This document shows, in pieces, positions 24,601-37,903 of a stretch of 64,000 bases of DNA. The position numbers and the translations under genes were made by a program. The DNA comes from Octopus vulgaris (lineage: Eukaryota): the NCBI GenBank assembly GCA_951406725.2, contig OX597820.1:17298001-17362000 (forward strand), given 5' to 3'. The notes under the pieces are model-generated. The model was not told the origin of the DNA. It saw only the letters and a list, made by a program, of their open reading frames with translations, and ran no database searches. Each line of letters begins with the position of its first letter. Within the stretch, counting starts at the first letter, position 1.

Positions 24601-27600
24601 TTATAATTTTCACAAAATTTTTGGGTAAAATTTTCGCAAAATTTTTGAGTAAAATTTTCGGTGAAAAATTTCGGAAAATTTTCAGGTAATATTTTCGGTG
24701 AAAATTTTTGGGTAAAACTTTTGTAAAAATTTTTGCAAAAGTTTTGTGTAAAATTTTCGGTGAAAATTTTCGAAAAATTTTTTGTGTAAATTTTCGCAAA
24801 ATATTTGGGTAAAATTTTCGGTGAAAATTTTTGTAAATATTTTCGCAAAATTTTTGGGTAAAATTTTCGCAAAATTTTTGGGTAAAATTTTCGAAAAATT
24901 GTTTGCGAAAATTTTCGAAAGATTGTTTGCGAAAATTTTCGAAAGATTGTTGGCGAAAATTTTCGAAAAATTTTTGAGTAAAATTTTAAGCAAAAATTTT
25001 CGGTGAATATTTAAAAAAAATTTCGTGAAATTTTGGGGTAAAATTTCGAAAAATTTTTAGTTAAATTTTCCGCGAAAATTTTCGCAAAATTTTTGGGTAA
25101 AATTTTTGGTGAAAAATTTCGGAAAATTTTTAGGTAATATTTTCGGTGAAAATTTTTAGGAAAATTCTTTCTAAAAAATTTTTTCATGAAAAATTTTTTT
25201 GAGGAAAATTTTCGAAAAATTTTTTATGAAAATTTTCGCAAAATTTTTGGGTAAAATTTTCGCAAAATTTTTGGGTAAAATTTTCGGTGAATATTTTCGA
25301 AAAATTTTTGGGTAAAGTTTTAAGCAAGAATTTTTAGTAAAAATTTTCGGAAAATTGTCGCAAAATTTTTGAGTAAAATTTTCGGTGAAAAATTTCGGAA
25401 AATTTTTAGGTAATATTTTCGGTGTAAATTTTTGGGTAAAATTTTCGAAAGATTTTTAGGTAAAATTTTCCGTGAAAATTTTCGCAAAATTTTTGGGTAA
25501 AATTTTCGGTGAAAAATTTCGGAAAATTTTTAGCTAATATTTTCGGTGAAAATTTTTAGGGAAAATTCTTTCTAAAAAATTTTTTCATGAAAAATTTTTT
25601 GAGGAAAATTTTCAAAAAATTTTTTATGAAAATTTTCGCAAAATTTTTGGGTAAAATTTTCGGTGAATATTTTCGAAAAATTTTTGGGTAAAGTTTTAAG
25701 CAAGAATTTTCAGTAAAAATTTTCGCAAAATTTTCGCAAAATTTTTGAGTAAAATTTTCGGTGAAAAATTTCGGAAAATTTTTAGGTAATATTTTCGGTG
25801 TAAATTTTTGGGTAAAATTTTCGAAAAATTTTTAGGTAAAATTTTCCGTGAAAATTTTCGCAAAATTTTTGGGTAAAATTTTCGGTGAAAAATTTCGGAA
25901 AATTTTTAGCTAATATTTTCGGTGAAAATTTTTAGGGAAAATTCTTTGTGAAAAATTTTTTGATGAAAAATTTTTTCGAGGAAAATTTTCGAAAAATTTT
26001 TTATGATAATTTTCACAAAATTTTTGGGTAAAATTTTCGGTAAAAATTTTCGGAAAATTTTCGGTGAATATTTTCAAAAAATTTTTGGGTAAAATTTTAA
26101 GCAAAAATTTTGAGTAAAAATTTTCGGAAAATTTTCGCAAAATTTTTGAGTAAAATTTTCGGTGAAAAATTTCGGAAAATTTTCAGGTAATATTTTCGGT
26201 GAAAATTTTTGGGTAAAACTTTTGTAAAAATTTTTGCAAAATTTTTGTGTAAAATTTTCGAAAAATTTTTTATGAAAATTTTCGCAAAATTTTTGGGTAA
26301 AATTTTCGGTGAATATTTTCGAAAAATTTTTGGGTAAAGTTTTAAGCAAGAATTTTCAGTAAAAATTTTCGGAAAATTTTCGCAAAATTTTTGAGTAAAA
26401 TTTTCGGTGAAAAATTTAGGAAAATTTTTAGGTAATATTTTCGGTGTAAATTTTTGGGTAAAATTTTCGAAAAATTTTTATGTAAAATTTTCCGTGAAAA
26501 TTTTCGCAAAATTTTTGAGTAAAATTTTCGGTGAAAAATTTCGAAAAATTTTTAGCTAATATTTTCGGTGAAAATTTTTAGGGAAAATTCTTTGTGAAAA
26601 ATTTTTTGATGAAAAATTTTTTCGAGGAAAATTTTCGAAAAATTTTTTATAATTTTCACAAAATTTTTGGGTAAAATTTTCGGTAAAAATTTTCGGAAAA
26701 TTTTCGGTGAATATTTTCAAAAAATTTTTGGGTAAAATTTTAAGCAAAATTTTTGGGTAAAATCTTCGAAAAATTTTTTGTAAAAATTTTCGAAAATCTT
26801 TTTGTGAAAATTTTCGCAAAATTTTTGGGTAAAATTTTCGAAAAATTTTTAGTTAAATTTTCCGTGAAAATTTTCGCAAAATTTTTGGGTAAAATTTTTG
26901 GTGAAAAATTTCGGAAAATTTTTAGCTAATATTTTCGGTGAAAATTTTTAGGGAAAATTTTTTCTAAAAAATTTTTTCATGAAAAATTTTTTTGAGGAAA
27001 ATTCTCGAAAAATTTTTTATGAAAATTTTCGCAAAATTTTTGGGTAAAATTTTCGGTGAATATTTTCGAAAAATTTTTGGGTAAAATTTTTGGTGAAAAA
27101 TTTCGGAAAATTTTTAGCTAATATTTTCGGTGAAAATTTTTAGGGAAAATTCTTTCTAAAAAATTTTTTCATGAAAAATTTTTTTGAGGAAAATTCTCGA
27201 AAAATTTTTTATGAAAATTTTCGCAAAATTTTTGGGTAAAATTTTCGGTGAATATTTTCGAAAAATTTTTGGGTAAAATTTTAAGCAAAAATTTTCCGTA
27301 AAAACTTTCGGAAAATTTTCGCAAAATTTTTGAGTAAAATTTTCGGTGAAAATTTCGGAAAATTTTCAGGTAATATTTTCGGTGAAAATTTTTGGGTAAA
27401 ACTTTTGTAAAAATTTTTTCAAAAGTTTTGTGTAAAATTTTCGGTGAAAATTTTCGAAAAATTTTTTGTGTAAATTTTCGAAAAATATTTGGGTAAAATT
27501 TTCGATGAAAATTTTTGCGTAAAATTTTTGTAAATATTTTCGCAAAATTTTTGGGTAAAATTTTCGCAAAATTTTTGGGTAAAATCTTCGAAAAATTTTT

Positions 27601-30140
27601 TGTAAAAATTTTAGAAAATCTTTTTGTGAAAATTTTCGCAAAATTTTTGGGTAAAATTTTCGAAAAAGTTTTAGTCAAATTTTCCGTGAAAATTTTCGCA
27701 AAATTTTTGGGTAAAATTTTTGGTGAAAAATTTCGGAAAATTTTTAGCTAATATTTTCGGTGAAAATTTTTAGGGAAAATTCTCTCTAAAAAATTTTTAC
27801 ATGAAAAATTTTTTTGAGGAAAATTTTCGAAAAATTTTTCATGAAAATTTTCGCAAAATTTTTGGGTAAAATTTTCGGTGAATATTTTCGAAAAATTTTT
27901 GAGTAAAATTTTTGGGTAAAGTTTTAAGCAAGAATTTTCAGTAAAAATTTTCGGAAAATTTTCGCAAAATTTTTGAGTAAAATTTTTGGGTAAAGTTTTA
28001 AGCAAGAATTTTTAGTAAAAATTTTCGGAAAATTGTCGCAAAATTTTTGAGTAAAATTTTCGGTGAAAAATTTCGGAAAATTTTTAGGTAATATTTTCGG
28101 TGTAAATTTTTGGGTAAAATTTTCGAAAGATTTTTAGATAAAATTTTCCGTGAAAATTTTCGCAAAATTTTTGGGTAAAATTTTCGGTGAAAAATTTCGG
28201 AAAATTTTTAGCTAATATTTTCGGTGAAAATTTTTAGGGAAAATTCTTTGTGAAAAATTTTTTGATGAAAAATTTTTTTGAGGAAAATTTTCGAAAAATT
28301 TTTTATGATAATTTTCACAAAATTTTTGGGTAAAATTTTCGGTAAAAATTTTCGGAAAATTTTCGGTGAATATTTTCAAAAAATTTTTGGGTAAAATTTT
28401 AAGCAAAAATTTTGAGTAAAAATTTTCGGAAAATTTTCGCAAAATTTTTGAGTAAAATTTTCGGTGAAAAATTTCGGAAAATTTTCAGGTAATATTTTCG
28501 GTGAAAATTTTTGGGTAAAACTTTTGTAAAAATTTTTGCAAAATTTTTGTGTAAAATTTTCGAAAAATTTTTTATGAAAATTTTCGCAAAATTTTTGGGT
28601 AAAATTTTCGGTGAATATTTTCGAAAAATTTTTGGGTAAAGTTTTAAGCAAGAATTTTCAGTAAAAATTTTCGCAAAATTTTCGCAAAATTTTTGAGTAA
28701 AATTTTCGGTGAAAAATTTCGGAAAATTTTTAGGTAATATTTTCGGTGTAAATTTTTGGGTAAAATTTTCGAAAAATTTTTATGTAAAATTTTCCGTGAA
28801 AATTTTCGCAAAATTTTTGGGTAAAATTTTCGGTGAAAAATTTCGAAAAATTTTCAGCTAATATTTTCGGTGAAAATTTTTAGGGAAAATTTTTGTGAAA
28901 AATTTTTTGATGAAAAATTTTTTCGAGGAAAATTTTCGAAAAATTTTTTATAATTTTCACAAAATTTTTGGGTAAAATTTTCGGTAAAAATTTTCGGAAA
29001 ATTTTCGGTGAATATTTTCAAAAAATTTTTGGGTAAAATTTTAAGCAAAAATTTTCAGTAAAAATTTTCGGAAAATTTTCGCAAAATTTTTGAGTAAAAT
29101 TTTCGGTGAAAAATTTCGGAAAATTTTCAGGTAATATTTTCGGTGAAAATTTTTGGGTAAAACTTTTGTAAAAATTTTTGCAAAATTTTTGTGTAAAATT
29201 TTCGAAAAATTTTTTGTGTAAATTTTCGCAAAATATTTGGGTAAAATTTTCGGTGAAAATTTTTGGTTAAAATTTTTGTAAAAATTTTCGCAAAATTGTT
29301 TGCGAAAATTTTCGAAAGATTGTTGGCGAAAATTTTCTAAAAATTTTTGGGTACAATTTTAAGCAAAAATTTTCGGTGAATATTTTAAGAAAATTTCGTG
29401 AAATTTTGGGGTAAAATTTTCGGTGAAAGATTTCGGAAAATTTTTAGGTAATATTTTCGGTGAAAATTTTCGGAAAACTTTTGTGAAAAATTTTTGGGTA
29501 AAATTTTCGAAAAATTTTTTGTAAAAATTTTCGAAAAACTTTTTGTGAAAATTTTCGCAAAATTTTTGGGTAAAATTTTAAACATAAATTTTCAGTAAAA
29601 ATTTTCGGAAAATTTTCTAAAAATTTTTGGGTTAAATTTTCGGTGAATATTTTCGAAAAGTCTTTGGGTAAAATTTTCGGAAAATTTTGAGAAAAATTTT
29701 TGGGGAAATTTTTGAAAAATTTTTAGGTAATATTTTCGGTGAAAATTTTTGGAAAGTTTTTTAGGAAAATTTTCGGTTAATATTTTCGAAAAATTTTTGG
29801 GTAATGTTTTCGGTGAAAATTTTTGGTTAAACTTTTGTAAAAATTTTTGCAAAATTTTTGTGTAAAATTTTCGTTGAAAATTTTCGAAAAATTTTTTGTG
29901 TAAATTTTCGCAAAATTTTTGGGTAAAATTTTCGGTGAAAATTTTTGGGTAAAATTTTTGTAAAATTTTGCGAAAAATTTTTGGGGAAAATTTTCGAAAA
30001 ATTTTCAGGTACTATTTTCGGTGAAAATTTTTGGAAAGGTTTTAGGAATATTTTCGGTTAAAATTTTCGAAAAATTTTTGGGTAAAATTTTTGGTGAAAA
30101 TTTTCGAAAAATTTTTGAGTAATATTTTCGGTGAAAATTT
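21633..30140. repeat. 8.5-kb satellite of A4-5T4-5 blocks separated by short spacers (CG, CGC, CGG, GGGT, CGGTG, GAGT) with kb-scale higher-order repeats
   Basis: Direct reading; landmarks recur at 22436/24301 and 23121/25008 (~1.87 kb); identical spurious ORFs at 26074 and 28376 (2302 bp apart). Confidence 0.97.
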
Positions 30141-30336
30141 ACATATATATCACAGATACAATATTAATTGTTATTTTCTGAGATTTTGGTGTAATTTGAG
30201 TGGATAATACAAAAGTTATGGATGATGTAGTGATGATGTAGTTATGGATGATGCAAAACCCATGTCGGCCAAAATGATCAGAACGGTATGAAATAATAAC
30301 AAAATAATCAAAAATGACAGAGAATACGGGAATTAT

Positions 30337-31352
30337 TTAATATTTAGTGTGAAGCCCTTTAGCTTCAATCACACTCTAACATCTTCGACTGCATGAGGAA
30401 ATTAAATTTTCAATTTCTTGCTGGGTGATCTTATTCTATTCTTCCTGAAGGGCATTCCATAATTGCTCAGCTGTTTTAGGATTTCTGGCTTTCGAACGTT
30501 CTCCTAGAATATTCCATACATTTTCAAGAGGATTGAGATCTGGGCTTTGAGCAGGCCAATCCATAACAATAACCTTTACAGCCTTGAGGAAGTTCATGAC
30601 CACCTTAGCCTTGTGACATGGGGCATTGTCCTGCATGAATATGGGTGGTCACTTAGTTGAATTTCTCAGCACAGGCAAGACATGATCTTTTACAATTTGT
30701 TTATAAACTCCTGCATTTACCTTTCCATGTAATCGCACCAAAGGGCCCACGCCATCTCCAAATATCATCCCCCAAACCATGACACTTCCTCCACCGAATT
30801 TAACACTAGTCGTAATGCATTTAGTCGACAATTTTTCACCTACTTTTCTACGAACGTACCTTTTCTCATCTGAATCAAATAACATAAACTTAGATTCATC
30901 ACTGAAATGCACTGTTTGCCATTTTCTTGAGGCCACAACACATGTTTGGTTGCAAAGGTAAGACGACACTTTTTATTCTTGGAGTTGATCAGTGGCTTCA
31001 CTGCAGGTGCTCTTGCTTGTAGGTCATGTTCAACTAAACGACGAGACACAGTTTTTCGAGATACAGTTTTCTTCAATACAATGCTCATTTTCTGAGAAAC
31101 AGCAGCAGCAGTTTTAAATCTGTCCTTTTTAACCAAATTTACCATAGCACGATTTTCTCTCCTGGTCGTTTTTCTTGGTCTACCTGTAGACTTTCTTGCT
31201 TCACACGAACCACAAACATCGTAGACCTTAAGAATACCGTGTACAACACTTTTCGACTTGTTAACAATCTTTGCAATAGATCCAATACTTAAATTATCCT
31301 TCCTTCGAAGATTAATAATCTGCTGACGAATTGGTAACGGAGTAAGTGGCAT
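30337..31352 (-). pseudogene. Tc1-like DD34E transposase, frameshifted with internal stops
   Basis: Paired-like HTH and GRPRKTT; FSDESKF; KFGGGSVMVWG; QDNAPCH..WPAQSPDLNPLE with 34 residues between D and E; ends KGLHTKY*. Confidence 0.95.
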
Positions 31353-31691
31353 TATATTAACAAAGTACGCTGCAGATTTTCTTACTAATGTTTAGTAAAC
31401 GAACCGTCACGTAAATAAATTCAAAACGTTAGAGTTCGCCGGTTAAATATACTAAAACACGGAGTAAAAGCAACCGTTCTGATCATTTTGGTCGCCATGG
31501 GTTTTGCAGTAAATCACTAAATCATCCATAACGTTTGTATTATCCTCTCAAATTACATCCAAATCTCAGGCAATAACAAATAATATCGTATTTATTGTCT
31601 GTGAAAATTATAGAATATAAAACAACTTTGATAAAAAATTATATCTACTTTTCTGACGAAAACAATGCCGTTCTGAACATTTTGGCCGCCA

Positions 31692-31748
<57 letters not shown>

Positions 31749-31839
31749 TACTACTAATATAGGATAACATTTTTTTCAGAAAAAATGTCATCAAAAGTGG
31801 CAGCATATTAAAATACCTTCAAAGGTGAAAATTATAATC

Positions 31840-32035
<196 letters not shown>

Positions 32036-32044
32036 TATATGTAT

Positions 32045-32084
<40 letters not shown>

Positions 32085-32124
32085 ACACACACACATATAT
32101 ATATACATACATATACACACACAC

Positions 32125-32187
<63 letters not shown>

Positions 32188-32199
32188 TGTATATGTATG

Positions 32200-32230
<31 letters not shown>

Positions 32231-32291
32231 ATGTATGTATATATACATATATATATAATGATTTTATATATTTTCTATAATACATATATAT

Positions 32292-32453
32292 TCTTTTATC
32301 CTTTTATTCTTTTATTTCTTTGACAGCGGCCATGCTGGAGCACCGCTTTTAGTTGAACAAATCGACCCCAGGACTTATTCTTTGTAAGCCTGGTACTTAT
32401 TATATCAGTCTCATTTGTCAAGCGACTGTGGAGGACAAACACAGACACATAAG

Positions 32454-32489
<36 letters not shown>

Positions 32490-32669
32490 TATATATATTA
32501 TATATATACGACAGGCTTCTTTCAGTTTCAGTCTACCAAATCTATTTACTAAGCTTTGGTCGGTCCGAGGCTATAGAAGAATACATTTGCCCAAGGTGTC
32601 ACGCAATGGGACTGAATTCGGAACCATGTGGTTGATAAACACGCTACTTAACATACAGGCACTCCTGTG
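32292..32669 (-). mobile_element. SINE family A, internally deleted
   Basis: Reverse-complement match. Confidence 0.85.
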
Positions 32670-32923
32670 AATATATATTTGTATATCTGTATCTATATGT
32701 AAGCATATATATATACACATATATACATATATACACACAAATATACACATGAACCTACCTCACGGCAAGAGGTGCAAATGAGAGTAGCTGTATCAAACTC
32801 CATTCCTCACCAAGTGCCACATATTAGACGAGGTTCGTCGTAATAACAGAGTAGCACAAAACGGCGGTGCATCAGCATGGCCGCAGCTCTGAGCTGAAAC
32901 TAGAAAAAAAAATACAAACATAG

Positions 32924-33003
<80 letters not shown>

Positions 33004-33458
33004 GTATCTCTCTCTATATATATATACCACACACATATAAATACATACACACACATATTGGCTTGGTGTGATTCACATAAACTAACGATCGTGTCGAAAA
33101 AAAAACTAAACTAAACATGCAAAAATAATACAAGGAATCTAAGAGAAACAAAATAGAAGATAACACCTCAGTCGGATTCTAATTACTGATTCACACCTAC
33201 TGATCTAGCAAATACTTACTGATAACTACCTTAAAGTGCTCACTTTTTGTAACACCTCGGTCGTTTCTTTCTCACCATAGATGTTTGGATGGATAACTAC
33301 ACAAATCATGCTATTACGTCTAGTGTATCTCGAACGATTTGTGGCTGATTTAATTCAGGTTTTTCCAAAGACGATATCAATAAAGGGATTCGTATTTGAT
33401 TTTGTTTTTACTTCTGAATATAAACGGTATCTATGTTGACTGATATTAATATAGGTTT

Positions 33459-33680
33459 CAAGCTGGCGACTTGGCAGAAACATCAGACCACCGGACGAAA
33501 TGCAGTTAAGCATTTCGTCCGTCTTTACGTTCTGGGTTCGAATGTCAGCGAGATCAACTGTGCCTTTTATCCTTTAAGGGTCGATACTATAAAGTACCAG
33601 CTGCATACTGGAGTCAGTGATATCGGCTACTCACTTCTCCCGCCTTCAAAACTCCAGGCTTTGTGCCTACTGTAGAAAGG
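33459..33680 (+). mobile_element. Diverged SINE family B-like copy
   Basis: GGCGACTTGGCAGAAAC..CGTTCTGGGTTCGAAT..GCCTTTTATCCTTT..AAGTACCAG. Confidence 0.7.
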
Positions 33681-34015
33681 ACGTTGATATTCATCTCGCA
33701 GGGAACTACGCCTCAAAATAATTTGGCATATTTATCTGCGTATGTATTTATGTGTACATATTCTATTCTATTTTTAATTATTTGAAGTCTTCTTGTTAGG
33801 AAAGAGCTGGTTTCTAACCAATCACAATGCTCCATCATTTGACCTTATAGATAACAAAAACAAATTCACATTTTGAACTTGAGAAAAGCATTGCACTTGT
33901 TTGACTAATCTGCTTAAAGATTGTATTTGTAATATTCGAAAGAGCTGGTTAATTTCTTTATCTAAAATCCCTTGATTATCCAAATTTTCACGTAAGCATT
34001 TACTCACAAAACCCA

Positions 34016-34184
34016 ATACGACAGGCTTCTTTCAGTAGTTTCCATCTACCAAATCTACTCACAAGGCTTAGGTCGGCTCGAGGCTATAGTGGAAGACACT
34101 TGCCCAAGGTGTCTCGCAGTGGGACTGAACCCGGACCCATGTGGTTGGTAAGCAAGCTACTTACCACACAGCCACTCCTGCACC
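34016..34184 (-). mobile_element. SINE family A, 5' half
   Basis: Head and body up to the microsatellite. Confidence 0.85.
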
Positions 34185-34329
34185 TGTTAAAAAATAGTAA
34201 TATGCTTATTAGTTATATGAAAAGCAATTATAATTAAGGCGTTATTCACTTTTGAAATATTTAAAAGCTTTTCTATATTTATTCGAACATTTCAATGTAA
34301 GATATGTTCCACAATTAAATAATTTTAAT

Positions 34330-34980
34330 TTTGACGTAACTGTATAATATATTTCCTCGAGGCAAAAATCACATTTAAAATTAGCAGTATGTACGATGGA
34401 TCGTAACTAATAATGAATCAGTATATATCATAGTTAATGTTCCTGTCATTCAAATTCAAATGCATTTACTAACTTTCGTAATGTTACATTTTCTTCTAAA
34501 CTAAATTGAAGAAGAATGGTTATATAATCTAGATTTTCAAATTATAGCAGAAGAACCTATATAATTTTACATAAAACTCCCTGCAATTAACTTACATTGA
34601 TATACTACATTCTTACTTAGACAATGATTTTCTAAAGGAAATACAATTTTACTTTTATAATTACAAAGGCGTTTATTTACTGGTATGTAACACTCATAGT
34701 TAAAGGAATTACAAGTAATTCTACTCTCAGAATTAGGTGTTAAACCAGTATTATTAGCAGTATTATAATCAATATTATTAGTGGCTGTTATTTTAAAGGT
34801 ATCTATCAATTTCACAGTTGGAATTACCTTCACCGAAGGTATCAGGGAAATCATCATAAAAATTTATCTCATAATTAACACTATCGCTTCTACTCGTGTT
34901 TACAAAATTTGAGCTGCAATACTGTCTAATATTAGTTTTGTTATATGCTGCTATGATTTCCCCATCTTTGTTCATGTAAT
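34330..34980 (-). pseudogene. Degraded Penelope-like (Naiad-type) linker plus GIY-YIG endonuclease
   Basis: IIAAYNK..CNYKSKIVFPLENHCLSKNVVYQ..YIGSS..SRLYNH..KCDFCLEE with stops; parallels the 56438-57010 protein. Confidence 0.75.
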
Positions 34981-34989
34981 ATACATACA

Positions 34990-35048
<59 letters not shown>

Positions 35049-35053
<5 letters not shown>

Positions 35054-35517
35054 CAAGGAAAAATTGTAAAAAGGCAGAATGCTAAATTGAAAGAAAATTT
35101 TAATGAAAATGGGTGTATGGAAAATTTTGAAAAATTGATAAAATACATATATATATTAATTCAAACATGGATTTAATCCCATGGATCTCAATACTTCAAG
35201 GTAATTTTTTCGTGAACTGTCATCAAACTCAAGATACACAAAGACTTTACAATGTATCGGAGTTCCTATTTTTTAATTTTTGTGTATATTTATTATTATT
35301 TTTTTTGCAAAAAACAATGTAATTTTCTTTTTTCCCCCTCTTCACATTAAAAAATTTTTTTTTTCTTTACAATTCTTGAAAAGTCACATTATGACGAAAA
35401 CCGGCTTGAATTAATATATATATATTTTATCAATTTTTCAAAATTTTCCATACCCATTTTCATTAAAATTTTCTTTCAATTTAGCATTCTGCCTTTTTAC
35501 AATTTTTCCTTGCCTAT
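35049..35517. repeat. Inverted repeat (~115-bp arms) with degenerate hammerhead at 35371-35412 (+) and tail to ~35565
   Basis: 35049-35165 is the reverse complement of 35407-35517; aattc-TTGAAAA-gtca catta tgac-GAAA-ACCGGC-TT-gaatt. Confidence 0.8.
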
Positions 35518-35718
35518 CATTTCTCCACGTGCGGTCAACACAACCCCACCATTTATTGATTTATACATATATATATAGGTTATAAGGGGAAATGGTGTCA
35601 TTGAGACCCAAAGGTGTCAGGTAATGCTTAATAAGTGCTATAGATAGACCATAGTTAAGTTCCAGATTAGGTAATACTGCGAATAAAGGGTTCAACATTG
35701 GTTCTATATCAGTGTGCG

Positions 35719-35932
35719 TATATAAGAATTTTTTGCGCAATAAGATAAAAAACCAAGGCTGTATAGATATTAGAGTATTTATAGATAGAAGGTCTTACAG
35801 CTGTTTCTAAGATATAAATTAATAATATCCCTTCATCGGAGACGGCGTGAGAGGAAAAATTAAGTCATAGTTAGTTCTAATATCTATACAGCCATGGTTT
35901 TTTTAATCTTATAACGCAAAAAATTCTTATAT
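35719..35932. repeat. Inverted repeat (~57-bp arms) enclosing a hammerhead at 35792-35843 (-)
   Basis: Minus: gtct-CCGATGA-a gggatat..atatctt a-GAAA-CAGCTG-TA-agac. Confidence 0.8.
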
Positions 35933-35948
35933 ATATATATATGTATAT

Positions 35949-36006
<58 letters not shown>

Positions 36007-36097
36007 GCATACATATGTATACATATGCATACATATGCATACATATATATATATATATATATGCATACATATGCATACATATATATACATGCATACA

Positions 36098-36326
36098 TCT
36101 ATTATATAAAATCCGTCTGTCTGTCGGTGGGTGTCTTCTAGGATCTCGGGCTTCCTCCATCCGATTGCGCTCAAATTTAATATGTAGATACCGACGGTAT
36201 CAGGGCGTGTATAGGCCTTGAAAAAATCAATTCCAGGTTAGAATGTGATTGATAACGCCGTGGGAACGTGCATTTGTACGCGCAAGTACATCAGCACAGT
36301 CCATTGGACGGGGAGAGTTTTGCTTG
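36098..36326 (+). mobile_element. Non-autonomous Helitron
   Basis: 5' A|TCTATTATATAAAATCCGTCTGTCTGTC; subterminal hairpin GTCCATTGGAC; 3' CTTG|T (CTRR variant). Confidence 0.65.
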
Positions 36327-36350
36327 TATATATATATATATATATATATG

Positions 36351-36711
36351 CTCTTTTTTGTTATATTTTTTGTTTCAGTCATTTGACTGCGGCCATGCTG
36401 GAGCATAGCCTTTAGTCGAACAAATCGATCCCAGGACTTATTCTTTGTAAGCCTAGTACTTATTCTATCGGGCACTTTTGCCGCAGCGCTTGGTTACAGG
36501 GAAGTAAACACATCAACACCGGTTATCGAGTGATGGCGGTGCGACAAATACAGACATACAAATACATACAGTTTCTGTCTACCAAATCCATTCATAAGTC
36601 TTTGGTCGGCCCGTGTTTATAGTAGAAGACACTTGCCCAAGGTGCCACGCAGTGGGACCAAAGGGGGAGCCATGTCGTTGGAAAGCAAGCTACTTACCAC
36701 ACAGCCACTCC
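36351..36711 (-). mobile_element. SINE family A
   Basis: Reverse-complement match. Confidence 0.85.
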
Positions 36712-36831
36712 ATATATATCATCATCATTATCATAATCATATGCATGTGTGCATTGTATATGTTGTAAATATAAATATATATATATATATATATACATAT
36801 GTGTGTGTCCATATATCTATCTATCTATCTA

Positions 36832-36864
<33 letters not shown>

Positions 36865-37047
36865 GAATAAGAAAATGGAGAAAGAAATTCAGTTTGTTCC
36901 TCAACTTACGGATATTATAACGCTAGATTATTTATTCATTTTACAAATGAGAACATCAAAAGCATACAAAATATTATATAAATCAATAGATAATATAATA
37001 ACACAAATACAGATTTTATATTATAAATTATTGAAATCCATAAACTA

Positions 37048-37183
37048 CTTCTTACAGCTGTTTCAGCCTATGGTCAAAAGTGAATCCAATTTTCATTGCC
37101 TACAGATGTCAATATATTAGGGTTGTAGACATTTAAAAAATGTAATACTTATATATTAAAAGAACCATAGGCCACGTCAGAGG
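37048..37183 (-). ncRNA. Degenerate hammerhead with ~90-nt loop on stem II
   Basis: Minus: CTGACGT-ggcctatgg..ccataggct-GAAA-CAGCTG-TA. Confidence 0.55.
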
Positions 37184-37286
37184 ATATAATTAACTTTAAA
37201 ATATAATAATAATATTAATATACTAAACATGCTGCACTTATTACTTAATATATACAAATAAACAATGAACTAATATCGAAAAATAC

Positions 37287-37345
<59 letters not shown>

Positions 37346-37348
<3 letters not shown>

Positions 37349-37548
37349 CCAGTTTAGCGAATAAAAACACACGCACTATATATTTGGTGTTATTTTGCTT
37401 CAGTGTTATTTATTTTTTACATTAATCTTAATCTTAATTCGGCCAGAGTTCTTTCGTCACACTCCTGTGACCGCATCAGTGGTCGTTTGTTTTCTTCTTT
37501 CTTATTTCAAATATATAGTGTGTGTGTTTTTATTGGCTAAACTGGCAA
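37346..37548. repeat. Inverted repeat (~40-bp arms) enclosing a hammerhead at 37441-37484 (-); tail to ~37630
   Basis: TTGCCAGTTTAGC..CACTATATATTTG / CAAATATATAGTG..GCTAAACTGGCAA; minus gacca-CTGATGC-g gtcac..gtgac-GAAA-GAAC-TC-tggcc. Confidence 0.8.
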
Positions 37549-37628
37549 AATGACCATTCCGAAATATAACAATATCTGTTTCAACACACGACTTCACATA
37601 AAAAATCTTGCACAACAAATATATAAAC

Positions 37629-37694
<66 letters not shown>

Positions 37695-37867
37695 AAAATA
37701 CATATATATACATACATAAGCAAAGCGTACAAACTATCCACATGCAAAATTCATAGATGAACACCATTGAACAATATATTGCATTGGTTATATCATAGTA
37801 TATTGGATAATTGATTTCCCATAGTGGGTTACATCCATAACCCCTATCTTATATATATATATATACC

Positions 37868-37903
<36 letters not shown>

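Noticed and set aside
22159-29852. K/F/N-rich ORFs up to 228 aa
   Set aside because: Open in several frames of the AAAATTTT satellite and interrupted at random; not coding
21633-30140. CRISPR-like or telomeric array
   Set aside because: No constant repeat with unique spacers and no TTAGGG-type unit
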